Below are positions 31,004 through 40,283 of a stretch of 64,000 nt of DNA, one piece after another. Source of the stretch: an uncultured Actinomycetota bacterium (lineage in GTDB: Bacteria > Actinomycetota > Aquicultoria > CAYFWW01); the NCBI GenBank assembly GCA_964346985.1, contig CAYFWW010000009.1, forward strand, positions 45,083-109,082, given 5' to 3'. Below the pieces are notes generated by a model. It saw only the letters and a list, made by a program, of their open reading frames with translations, did not search any database and had not been told where the DNA came from. The translations under genes and the position numbers were made by a program. Within the stretch, counting starts at the first letter, position 1. Each line of letters starts with the position of its first letter.

Positions 31004-31456
31004 ATGGAATGCTCTAACTGCGGCCGAAAAATTGAAGATAATTTAAAGTATTGCCCGGAATGTAATACTAGAATAGAAAAAAATGATACTACTCAAACCT
31101 ATCTCCCTTTAATTGAAACGGATACTGAAGATTTTCTCGAAATAATACCTGAAGTTAAAGGAGAAACGGTTCTCGTAGTAAAAAAAGGGCCAAATCCCGG
31201 ACAGCATTTTATACTAAAAAAGAAAGAAACAGTTCTTGGCAGGGATCCTGATGCAAATATTTTTCTCGATGACATAACTGTTTCCAGAAAACATGCCAAG
31301 ATTACAAGAGAAAAAAAGTCATATTTTTTAATTGACACTAAAAGTCTTAATGGAACATATCTTAATGGTAAGAGAATCGAGAATGAGAAACTTAAGAGCT
31401 ATGATGAGATTCAGATAGGAAAATTTATTTTAATATTTGTTGATCAAAAAAAATAA
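31004..31456 (+). CDS. Zinc-ribbon + FHA domain protein (GarA/OdhI-like)
   Basis: CxxC..CxxC, DTT linker motif, GRDP..IFLDDITVSRKHA, SLNGTYLN. Confidence 0.88.
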   Translation: MECSNCGRKIEDNLKYCPECNTRIEKNDTTQTYLPLIETDTEDFLEIIPEVKGETVLVVKKGPNPGQHFILKKKETVLGRDPDANIFLDDITVSRKHAKITREKKSYFLIDTKSLNGTYLNGKRIENEKLKSYDEIQIGKFILIFVDQKK

Positions 31457-31472
31457 AAGAATTGAGGAAAAT

Positions 31473-32198
31473 ATGGTTGCTAAAAACAGTGAATATCTAA
31501 CCATAGGTAAAGTTGTAAAAAAGTTAAAAAAAGACTTTCCGGATATTTCAATAAGCAAGATAAGATTTTTGGAAGAAGAAAATCTTTTATCACTTTCTCG
31601 TACAAAAGGCGGATATAGAAAATTCGATCAAGATGATATAAACAAGTTAGAATTAATATTAAAGATGCAAAAAGATTTATTTTTACCACTCGATGTAATC
31701 AAAGAGAAATTACAGATATCTCCAGAACCTATTTTAAGGAAGGAAATTGAGAAGGGCAGTAAAAAAATACCGGATCAAAAGATTCTTACATCTGATTTAT
31801 ATAACACCATGAGCCTTAAAGATTTTAGGTCATCAACCGGACTTTCTATTGAGGAAGTCAAAAAACTTGAGAATTATGGCATATTGAGAAAACCGGCTCA
31901 AAAATCTGAAAAACCATATTCAAGGATAGACGTTGAAATAGTTAAGACTGCCAAAGAACTTTCAAGCTACGGTATTGAACCCAGACATTTACGAATGTAT
32001 ATCAATTCTGTAGAAAGAGAAGTAGATTTGTTTAAACAGATAATATTGCCCACTCTTCATGCAAAAAATAAAAACCGAAAGAAAAAAGCTGAAAAGATTC
32101 TTACTTCACTCTGGAAGAACACACTACAAATTAAAAATCTACTGTTTAAAAAGAATATAGGCTTATTAATAAAAGAAGAATTTGTTGACAATGAATAA
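31473..32198 (+). CDS. MerR-family regulator (FtsR/Rv1828-like)
   Basis: FPDISISKIRFLE, RTKGGYRKF, FLPLDVIKE, GIEPRHLR; follows the FHA gene as in Actinobacteria. Confidence 0.85.
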   Translation: MVAKNSEYLTIGKVVKKLKKDFPDISISKIRFLEEENLLSLSRTKGGYRKFDQDDINKLELILKMQKDLFLPLDVIKEKLQISPEPILRKEIEKGSKKIPDQKILTSDLYNTMSLKDFRSSTGLSIEEVKKLENYGILRKPAQKSEKPYSRIDVEIVKTAKELSSYGIEPRHLRMYINSVEREVDLFKQIILPTLHAKNKNRKKKAEKILTSLWKNTLQIKNLLFKKNIGLLIKEEFVDNE

Positions 32199-32718
32199 TA
32201 TAAACAAGGATGACATAAATTATTCAAAACATATTTCATTCATTGCCGATGTTATGCTTGGCAGTCTGGCTAAGTGGTTAAGGTTATTTGGTAATGACGT
32301 TAAATATTTCAGATATATTCAAGATAAGGATTTAGTTGATTTTGCTTCGAAAGAAAAAAGAATTGTTTTAACTCGTGATACAAGGATGATATTACGCAAA
32401 GAATTTCAAAGAGGTTGGATTGATTATGTATTAATTAATCATAATTGTTTACCTGATCAAATAAGACAAGTATATTCAGAATACAAGGAAATAAAAAAGG
32501 CTGTAAAATTTACAAGATGTACTGTTTGTAATTCAATCTTAATAGATAAACCTAAAGAATCAGTAAAAGGAATGGTACCTGAATATGTTTATGATACCCA
32601 AGATAGATTTATATACTGCTGTAATTGCCAAAAGTTTTTTTGGCCGGGAACTCATTGGGAAAAAATTATAAAAACCCGAAACTTTCTTTTAAAAGAAAAA
32701 TCTATGTCCGCTATCTAA
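32191..32718 (+). CDS. Mut7-C RNase (PIN-fold) domain protein
   Basis: DVMLGSLAKWLRLFG, LTRD, RCTVCN, C..C.KFFWPGTHW. Confidence 0.88.
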   Translation: MNNINKDDINYSKHISFIADVMLGSLAKWLRLFGNDVKYFRYIQDKDLVDFASKEKRIVLTRDTRMILRKEFQRGWIDYVLINHNCLPDQIRQVYSEYKEIKKAVKFTRCTVCNSILIDKPKESVKGMVPEYVYDTQDRFIYCCNCQKFFWPGTHWEKIIKTRNFLLKEKSMSAI

Positions 32719-33153
32719 TAAATAATTAAAGACTACTAAGTTTACAATTGAGAGTATAAATCCTGAAATTATTAAGATTTGTAAAAATACATCTTTCATA
32801 CGCTTTTTTTTAATGTGTAGGTATAAGAAGATAAAACCTCCAATAACTAAGAGTAGAAGGATTAAAGCTGTGAAGAATATTTTTTGAATATAGACAGATA
32901 ATTCATTTGTGATTGTTGACACCTGAAGTATGCCTAGAAAAAAGGATAGAGAGTATAGTATAAGTCCTAAAAAAAGATAAAAAAGATTTGTTTGATACCT
33001 GACATTTTGAGCTGTGGTATGAAAGTCTTCTAATTCGGACGGGACCTTTTTTTTAGATATTAATTTATACGATAGTATTCCAACTGTGGCCAGAAAGAAA
33101 AGTATTATAGAGACTATACCCATAATTGCATGAATTGTACAAGATATTTTCAT
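32689..33153 (-). CDS. Membrane protein, weak resemblance to CcsA/YpjD family
   Basis: 4 TMs, N-terminal IH-TM; SD upstream. Confidence 0.55.
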   Translation of the reverse strand: MKISCTIHAIMGIVSIILFFLATVGILSYKLISKKKVPSELEDFHTTAQNVRYQTNLFYLFLGLILYSLSFFLGILQVSTITNELSVYIQKIFFTALILLLLVIGGFIFLYLHIKKKRMKDVFLQILIISGFILSIVNLVVFNYLLDSGHRFFF

Positions 33154-33256
33154 ACCTTTCTCCTTCCCTATTTGCTTTTTTATTATAAGTAAGTATAAAA
33201 TTTAAATTATAGATAAAATATATATAAGGCAAAAACTGTAATAATTATATAATATT

Positions 33257-33614
33257 GAATGAAGTAAATAACAATCAAGTTTATATCTATAAAGGAATAA
33301 CATTTGCGCATCCCAGTGAGATGCAGTGTGCAAAAATTCTCGATTTTTATAAAATAAATTGGGAATATGAACCAAAGTCTTTTCCAATTGAATGGGATAA
33401 AAAAGGTAATGTAATAGCATCTTTTACGCCAGATTTTTACCTTCCTGAACATGATCTTTATATCGAGTTAACTACGATGAGCCAGAAACTAGTGACTAAA
33501 AAGAACAAAAAGATTAGAAGATTAAGAGAATTGAATCCTGATATAAGGATAAAGATATTCTATCAAAAAGATTTGAGAAATTTACTTCGAAAATACGGTA
33601 TTACTTCTTCTTGA
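33257..33614 (+). CDS. PD-(D/E)XK-like fold protein upstream of hpt (start uncertain)
   Basis: SE...LD..WEYEP..F, FTPDFYLP..DLYIELTT, KNKKIR. Confidence 0.7.
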
Positions 33615-33643
33615 GCTTGAGGTTAAGGTAGGAGTTTAGTCTA

Positions 33644-34204
33644 ATGTTAATACACCCAGATATAGAAAAAATTGTCTATTCGGAAGAGGAGATTAATAAT
33701 AGAGTCAAAGAACTTGGCCAAGTAATAACAATTGATTATAAAGAAAAAAAGCCACTTTTTATTACTGTTTTGAAAGGTGGTGTCTTTTTTCTTACTGACT
33801 TATTAAGAGAAGTCAAACTAGACATGATGGTCGATTATATTGCCATAAGTAATTACGGAAGTAGTTCTGAAAAACTTGGTGTAGTTAGAGTTTTGAAAGA
33901 TCTGGATCAGAGTATTGAGGGAATCGATATTATAGTAGTTGAGGATGTAATAGATACAGGGTTAACTCTAAACTATCTTTTGAAAAATTTAAAAAATCGC
34001 CACCCAAAAAGCATTAAGGTATGTACTTTGTTAGATAAAAGTGTCCGCAGGATTGCTGATTTAAAGATTGATTATAAAGGATTTGATATTCCAGATATTT
34101 TTGTTGTCGGTTACGGGCTCGATTTTAAACAGAAATATAGAAATTTACCATATATTGGTATTTTAAAAGCGGACGTAAGAGGTAATTCAAAGAATAAAAC
34201 TTAA
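33644..34204 (+). CDS. hpt: Hypoxanthine phosphoribosyltransferase
   Basis: VLKGG, VEDVIDTGLTL, FVVGYGLD..YRNLPYI. Confidence 0.93.
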   Translation: MLIHPDIEKIVYSEEEINNRVKELGQVITIDYKEKKPLFITVLKGGVFFLTDLLREVKLDMMVDYIAISNYGSSSEKLGVVRVLKDLDQSIEGIDIIVVEDVIDTGLTLNYLLKNLKNRHPKSIKVCTLLDKSVRRIADLKIDYKGFDIPDIFVVGYGLDFKQKYRNLPYIGILKADVRGNSKNKT

Positions 34205-34220
34205 AAGTAATTAATATTTA

Positions 34221-35834
34221 TCAATATTTTGTCATTTCTCCAAGAATAGCAAATCCAACATTATTTGCTAGATCACCGATTCTTTCAAGATGATTAACAA
34301 TATCAAGAAAAACTACTCCAGCAACGGGTTGATATAAACCTTGATTCAGTCTTTTAATGTGTTCATTACGTGCCTTCTTAACTTTTTTATCAACACCTTC
34401 TTCGATTAATTGGACTTCTCTAACCAAATCAAAATCATTTGTATCGAGAGCAATAATAATATGGTCATACATTTTTGAGACATCATTGCTAATATCATCA
34501 AGTTCATTTTGGGCTTTCTCTGAGAATACAAGATTGTCATCATTTTTTAGCTGAAAAAGGTTGATTAAGCTTTCGGCATGATCTCCAGATCTCTCTATGT
34601 CGTTAATAGCATGCATTAATGCTGTTATTCTTTCTGATTGTTCAAGACTTAGTGATTCTTGGGAGAGAATAGATAAAAAACGAGTAATTTCGTGAGCCAA
34701 TTTATCGACGACGTTCTCTTTACGCTCGGTGAGTCGTAAAAGTTTTTTACTGGGTGTAACTGAATAATTAAGAGAGTGTTTAAGCATTTCATGTGCGAAT
34801 ACAGCCATTCTTACTGTTTCTTTTGTAGCTTGGCCGAGCGCGATAGAGGGCGTATAAAGAAGATGTTTCTCTATAAAGATTGGTCGGCTATCAATTATTA
34901 TCTCTTCACCAGGAACAATCAATTGAACTATTTTCACCATTAATCCAACCATAGGCAACCAGATAAGTGTATTAAAAAAATTAAAAATTGTATGTGCGTT
35001 AGCTATCTGTCTTGAAATATCATTGGAGGTTAAAATAACGATCCTATCATAGAAGGGGAGTATTGCTAAGAATAATATCGCACCCAGCGTATTAAAAGAA
35101 ACATGAGCTACAGCTGTTCTTTTTGCTGTAATTGAAGTACCGATACTAGACAGAAGCGCCGTGACACATGTGCCAATATTATCTCCGATTAAAATAGGCA
35201 GAGCTGTATTGATAGAGATTATATTTTGAGAAGCTAAAGCAATAAGAATGCCTATCGTAGCTGAACTACTTTGAATCAAAGCTGTCATCAATATTCCTAT
35301 AAATACGCCAAGAAGAGGTGTTTTTCCAAGTTCAATCATTGCCCGGATGAATGATTCATTATCCTTCAGTGGAGACATTGCTATTTTCATTGTGTTTAGG
35401 CCTAAAAAAAGTAAACCAAATCCAAGGATAAATTGGCCAAGATATTTAAGTACTTTCTTTTTGGAAAAAAAAGTAAGAGCAAAGCCGAGACCAATTGCCG
35501 GTAAGGCTAAATCTGAAATTTTAAAGGCAATAATTTGGGCCGTGATGGTTGTCCCTATATTAGCACCAAAAATAACTCCAATAGCTTGACTTAAGGTCAT
35601 CAAACCAGCATTGACGAAGCTAACAAGCATGACAGTTGTAGCACTTGAGCTCTGAATTAAAGCTGTTACGCCTGAACCAACAATAACTCCACGCCATGGT
35701 TTTGTAGTTAAAATCTCTAAAATCTTCCTAAGCCGGTCACCAGCAGCTTTTTGGAGACCGTCACCCATTAATTGCATTCCATATATGAATAAACCCAATC
35801 CTCCGGCTAAACCGAAGATTAAATTAATGGTCAT
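34221..35834 (-). CDS. Na+/phosphate cotransporter with PhoU-like C-terminal domain
   Basis: Two QSSSAT repeats, GANIGTT, GDNIGT, ERxGDH/ERIGDL. Confidence 0.92.
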   Translation of the reverse strand: MTINLIFGLAGGLGLFIYGMQLMGDGLQKAAGDRLRKILEILTTKPWRGVIVGSGVTALIQSSSATTVMLVSFVNAGLMTLSQAIGVIFGANIGTTITAQIIAFKISDLALPAIGLGFALTFFSKKKVLKYLGQFILGFGLLFLGLNTMKIAMSPLKDNESFIRAMIELGKTPLLGVFIGILMTALIQSSSATIGILIALASQNIISINTALPILIGDNIGTCVTALLSSIGTSITAKRTAVAHVSFNTLGAILFLAILPFYDRIVILTSNDISRQIANAHTIFNFFNTLIWLPMVGLMVKIVQLIVPGEEIIIDSRPIFIEKHLLYTPSIALGQATKETVRMAVFAHEMLKHSLNYSVTPSKKLLRLTERKENVVDKLAHEITRFLSILSQESLSLEQSERITALMHAINDIERSGDHAESLINLFQLKNDDNLVFSEKAQNELDDISNDVSKMYDHIIIALDTNDFDLVREVQLIEEGVDKKVKKARNEHIKRLNQGLYQPVAGVVFLDIVNHLERIGDLANNVGFAILGEMTKY

Positions 35835-35939
35835 ATGAATAAAAGGATATGATTTATACCGACTATATTCTATACATGTTTTTATAAAACGTCTATACTA
35901 AAAATACACTATGATACAGAACAAAGATAAAATTTTTTA

Positions 35940-36911
35940 ATGAGCCGGGATAATTATGAAGTAATTTCAGAAAAAATAAAAGAAGCTTCAAGGAAGATAG
36001 TTTTAGAATGGTTAAATGTCATAAAAAAGAACTATCAGATTGAAGAACATGATGTATTTCCTACTGATGATCTCCTAGATGGTGTACCAACAATGATTGA
36101 CGGTATAGCAAAAGTTGTTCAGGACAGCACTAATATTTCGCAATTTGACCCAGGTGGATCAGTTTATATAAAGGCTCAGGAATTAGGAGAATTAAGAGAA
36201 TCGCAAGGATTTAAAGTAGACCAGGTTATTAACGAATATATATTTCTTAAAGAAATTCTTTTAAACTTTACAGGCAAAATAGCCAAGAAATATAAAGTGG
36301 ATTTATTTGATTTTACAGAAAAAATCAGTACTCCTTTAGATAGAATTTTAATTATTACTATAGAGACTTTTGTCGACCGCTATAGCCAAACATTACAATA
36401 TTTAGCTATTACTGATGATCTAACTAAGATTAGAAATCATCGTTTTTTTATTGAGCAGTTGAAACTGGAAATAAAAAGAACTATTAGATATAAAATACCA
36501 CTTACATTATTAATGATTGACTTAGACAATTTTAAAAAATATAACGATTCAAAAGGCCATCTTATGGGTGATGAAATATTAAAAAGATTTGCTTCAATTT
36601 TGGAGGAAAATTGTCGAAGTGCTGATGTTGTTGCTCGTTATGGCGGGGATGAATTTGGAATAATCTTGCCGAACGCAGATTCAGAAAAGGCATTAAAAAT
36701 TGGTAAAAGAATTGTCAAGGCCATTAAAGCAGAAAGTGTCGTTGCTAAGACAAATGAAGGAGTATTTCCTGTAACCGTATCAATCGGCTTAGCGCAACAT
36801 GATGAAGGTATTAAAGACCCAGATGAATTAATAAGAAGAAGCGATGAAGCACTTTATAAAGCAAAGGGTATGTTAAAAAATGATATTGTAATATATAAGG
36901 AAGATGTCTAG
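35940..36911 (+). CDS. Diguanylate cyclase with N-terminal RsbRD_N-like helical domain
   Basis: TDDLT, DLDNFKKYND, RxxD I-site (RSAD) five residues before GGDEF; N-terminal G..R..QGF...V..EY pattern. Confidence 0.9.
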   Translation: MSRDNYEVISEKIKEASRKIVLEWLNVIKKNYQIEEHDVFPTDDLLDGVPTMIDGIAKVVQDSTNISQFDPGGSVYIKAQELGELRESQGFKVDQVINEYIFLKEILLNFTGKIAKKYKVDLFDFTEKISTPLDRILIITIETFVDRYSQTLQYLAITDDLTKIRNHRFFIEQLKLEIKRTIRYKIPLTLLMIDLDNFKKYNDSKGHLMGDEILKRFASILEENCRSADVVARYGGDEFGIILPNADSEKALKIGKRIVKAIKAESVVAKTNEGVFPVTVSIGLAQHDEGIKDPDELIRRSDEALYKAKGMLKNDIVIYKEDV

Positions 36912-36940
36912 CAATCATTCAAGGAGAATTAAAGCATTAT

Positions 36941-38527
36941 ATGTGGTATACACAAAGATTTCCCAGAATATCGTTTTTGCAGAGCTGTGACTATGCTGGC
37001 AAAGAACTAAGCATACAACAGGAAGTTGATGAAGCATTAAAAGTACTTCAAAAAAAACCTTCTGGATATGGTTTTGAAGAGATTATAATAAATTTTGATC
37101 GAAAATTTACCCCATATCACCAGATTCTAGAAATAAGCAAGAAATTGTTGAAAAAAGATATTAAAGTAGGGCAAGATGTTTTTATTACACCTTGGATTCC
37201 TTCAAGTTACAATGAAGGCCCCTTCAGGCAGTTGGCCACTCTTCTTTCAATTATGGACACAAACGCAAAACTATTTAAAGATATTAAAAAATTAGCTATC
37301 AGCAATTTATTAATTTCAATGATACATAGCGAGAAATTATTTTTAGATGCAAGAAGAAGAATTTTTGAAATACTACAAATTTCAAACGAAGAATTTGGGA
37401 TTGAGAATAGACAAGAGGAATTTTTACTGATTCCTGTATTTCAAGATATACAGGATGTATTTAATGCTACCCATATTATGGAAAATCTAATTATGGGAAG
37501 TGAGAGAGAAGGAATATATTTGAATAAGATGCGCATCGCTTTTAATCTAGCTGAAATAGCAATTAAATCGTCATTTGTACCCGCCTATTTAGCAACAAAA
37601 ATTGCTTTGAAGAATGTAAAAGCTTTTCAGGAAGACAGCGATTATCATTTTTCTATTATGTTGATGGGCGGAAGTTTACCATACAGAGGCAATCTATCCT
37701 CAGACAATATGGATTACCTTAAACAAAGTTTACCTAATGTGGAAACATATATTATGCCTGCGACATTTATATATAACAATACGGCTGACAAGGCAGCAGA
37801 GACAATAAGCTTAATACTGGATAGTGAACCTTCGGAAGAAGTAGAATATTTCGAATTAGATGAAGTCATAGAAATGAAAAAGATTTCTCTTATATTTGAA
37901 TACCATTATCGTAAGGATTTATACGATGCTTTTAAAGATACATTGAAGCTTTCTGAATATGTTCCTACTTTGAGGAGTAGATACTTACATTTGAAGGAAA
38001 GAACTTATCCTGTAACCGGAAGATATAAAGAATATTCAAATATTTTTAGTGAAGATTATTTACAGAATTACATAAAAGAAATACAAGCACTTGATGAATA
38101 TGATATTAGAATTAATAGTACAGTTTTTGCAACAACAATGTATACTATCGGTCTGCCACCCGAGATACTCGGGGCAGGTAAAGCTTTTAGGTGTCTGAGA
38201 AAATATATGGGAGAAGAGGGATTATCAAAGTTATTAAAAGAATACTTTCCGGGAATTATTTCTTACTATAATAAGATATTAGAGTTTTCGCATCCTGAAA
38301 TATCTCGAGATTTAGTATCAGAAAAACTCATTACAGAATTTGAACAAAGCTTAGACGAGCTATCCAAACTTCCAGGTATAAAAATGATTTCGAACGATAC
38401 TTATGGTAGCTACTTAAAGGAATCGATAGTACAATTGAAAAAAGCTTCTCTGGGGAAAAAATTTAACAAAAATCAACTCTTTAACATTTTTATCGAGCTC
38501 GGAAAGATGAGAGGAGCTCTTGCCTGA
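36941..38527 (+). CDS. Archaeal-type PEP carboxylase (PpcA) homolog, catalytic motifs degenerate
   Basis: SIQQE, FTPYHQ, GQDVFITP, FRQL, GSLPYRGN, MYTIGLPPE, C-terminal LGKMRGALA resemble Clostridium-type PpcA. Confidence 0.8.
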   Translation: MWYTQRFPRISFLQSCDYAGKELSIQQEVDEALKVLQKKPSGYGFEEIIINFDRKFTPYHQILEISKKLLKKDIKVGQDVFITPWIPSSYNEGPFRQLATLLSIMDTNAKLFKDIKKLAISNLLISMIHSEKLFLDARRRIFEILQISNEEFGIENRQEEFLLIPVFQDIQDVFNATHIMENLIMGSEREGIYLNKMRIAFNLAEIAIKSSFVPAYLATKIALKNVKAFQEDSDYHFSIMLMGGSLPYRGNLSSDNMDYLKQSLPNVETYIMPATFIYNNTADKAAETISLILDSEPSEEVEYFELDEVIEMKKISLIFEYHYRKDLYDAFKDTLKLSEYVPTLRSRYLHLKERTYPVTGRYKEYSNIFSEDYLQNYIKEIQALDEYDIRINSTVFATTMYTIGLPPEILGAGKAFRCLRKYMGEEGLSKLLKEYFPGIISYYNKILEFSHPEISRDLVSEKLITEFEQSLDELSKLPGIKMISNDTYGSYLKESIVQLKKASLGKKFNKNQLFNIFIELGKMRGALA

Positions 38528-38579
38528 AATCATCTGATATATATTGTAGTTTTGGAATTGATAAACTAAAATTAATTTA

Positions 38580-39080
38580 ATGGATTCAAAAATTAGCAAA
38601 AAGGAAAATTTTGGATTAGCTTTAGCAATTGCTATAGTAATTGCTATATTTGCATCAATTGTAATAATCTTAAGCAGCTTAAATATCGAGAATTTTTATT
38701 TTTCCAGGCAAGAGGATTTAATTTCTAGCTACTCTGGGTCTATTAGCACGGTTGAAGAATTTACAGATGCAGAAAATGTTTACGATAAATCTCAATTTTT
38801 ATTAAAAGACAGCAAAGCTGACTTAAAACTAAGAAATACCATGCCAGTTCCATTAGGAAGCGACAAGTTAATTGACCAGAAAATTGAACCTGTTGATAAA
38901 GAGGAAATAGATGAAGAGCAGGATGAAGTATCGATACGCCAAAAAATAACATATCTTTACCGATTCAATAAAAAAAAGCAAAGAATCGAAAGAACAAATA
39001 CTTATGATTTAAATAAAGTTGAAGGAAATTGGCTGATTTCAAATTTTATTACCGAAATCGAGAATGTCAAAGAAGAATAA
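38580..39080 (+). CDS. Membrane-anchored hypothetical protein
   Basis: N-terminal TM; C-terminal L.K.EGNWLIS motif typical of NTF2-like folds. Confidence 0.65.
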   Translation: MDSKISKKENFGLALAIAIVIAIFASIVIILSSLNIENFYFSRQEDLISSYSGSISTVEEFTDAENVYDKSQFLLKDSKADLKLRNTMPVPLGSDKLIDQKIEPVDKEEIDEEQDEVSIRQKITYLYRFNKKKQRIERTNTYDLNKVEGNWLISNFITEIENVKEE

Positions 39081-39081
39081 T

Positions 39082-40149
39082 CTATTCAACGGGTTTAACA
39101 ATTTCTATCTTAACATTGGCAATTCCTGAGAAACCTAGTATTTCTGCCCCTTTTTTTGATAAATCAAGAATTCGTCCAGGTACATAAGGACCTCGGTCAT
39201 TTATTCGTAAAACTACCATTCGTCCTTTATAAGTTATTAATAAAAAAGTATTAAAAGGTAATGTTCTTGAAGCACCGGTAAATCCATATTGATTGTAGAT
39301 TTCTCCATTGGCAGTTGTCCTGCCGTGAAATTCGTTTCCGTACCAGGAAACAACTCCAGTGTAGGTAACTTTAGTCGAAGTATATTTTTTAGGCATGTTT
39401 TCGCCAGTATAGATCTTGGAATTATTATATGGCTCGACAGTAGCCTCGATAGCCTTAATGTCTGTCAAAACAGGGTTAGGATCGGGTTGATAACTGGATG
39501 GAGTCAAAGCATCTTCAATTTTATTCTCTGCTATCAGTTGATTTAATCTCTTTTCTTCTTCGGCTAATTTAACTTTTTCCAGGCCGATTTTTCTTTTGGC
39601 TTCTAGGTAACTTTTTCTAAGATCTCTTTGTAAACTTAGCTCCCATTCTTTTTGTATCTGTAGTTTTTCTTGTATATATTGAATTTTCTCTCTCTTGTTA
39701 ATTAAATCATTAAGAATTTCATTATCATGCTGAATAATCTTTACTGTATAAGAAGCTCTGGATAAAAAATCAAAAAAATCACGCGAGCCCAACAGAACAA
39801 ATAAAAAATCATCATTGTTAAATTTATAGCGATTCTTAAGCCTTCGATTGAAGATTAGTTGGTGTTCTTTAAAATCATTTTGGGCTATATCTAATTTTTT
39901 AGATGTATAAATTATATCTTGCTGAATTATTGTTAATCTAAGGTCAACTGTTGAATTTTTTGATTCCTGAGTTTCAATAAGACGATTTAGATTTTCAATA
40001 TTATTTTTTCTTTCATATATGCTTTTTTGAAGATCTTCGATATCTGAACTTGCATTAGTAACTGCACTTGAAAAAATTAGAAAAGATATAAAAAAAATAG
40101 ATATTAAAAAGATTTGCCTTAAATATTGTTTCAAAAATCTTTTTTTCAT
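39082..40149 (-). CDS. rlpA: Coiled-coil + RlpA-family lytic transglycosylase
   Basis: SWYG..FHGRTTANGE, RTLPF, INDRGP, RILDLS; N-terminal signal and PcsB-like coil. Confidence 0.85.
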   Translation of the reverse strand: MKKRFLKQYLRQIFLISIFFISFLIFSSAVTNASSDIEDLQKSIYERKNNIENLNRLIETQESKNSTVDLRLTIIQQDIIYTSKKLDIAQNDFKEHQLIFNRRLKNRYKFNNDDFLFVLLGSRDFFDFLSRASYTVKIIQHDNEILNDLINKREKIQYIQEKLQIQKEWELSLQRDLRKSYLEAKRKIGLEKVKLAEEEKRLNQLIAENKIEDALTPSSYQPDPNPVLTDIKAIEATVEPYNNSKIYTGENMPKKYTSTKVTYTGVVSWYGNEFHGRTTANGEIYNQYGFTGASRTLPFNTFLLITYKGRMVVLRINDRGPYVPGRILDLSKKGAEILGFSGIANVKIEIVKPVE

Positions 40150-40283
40150 ATTTACCGTATACATTAGTAGTTAATTTCTAAGCAATTATCGGTATTTTAG
40201 GCTAATTTTATTAATTTTACCAATCATCACCATATAGGAATTTAACTTTATTCATCGAATAAATTAATTATTAAAGGTAAAAG

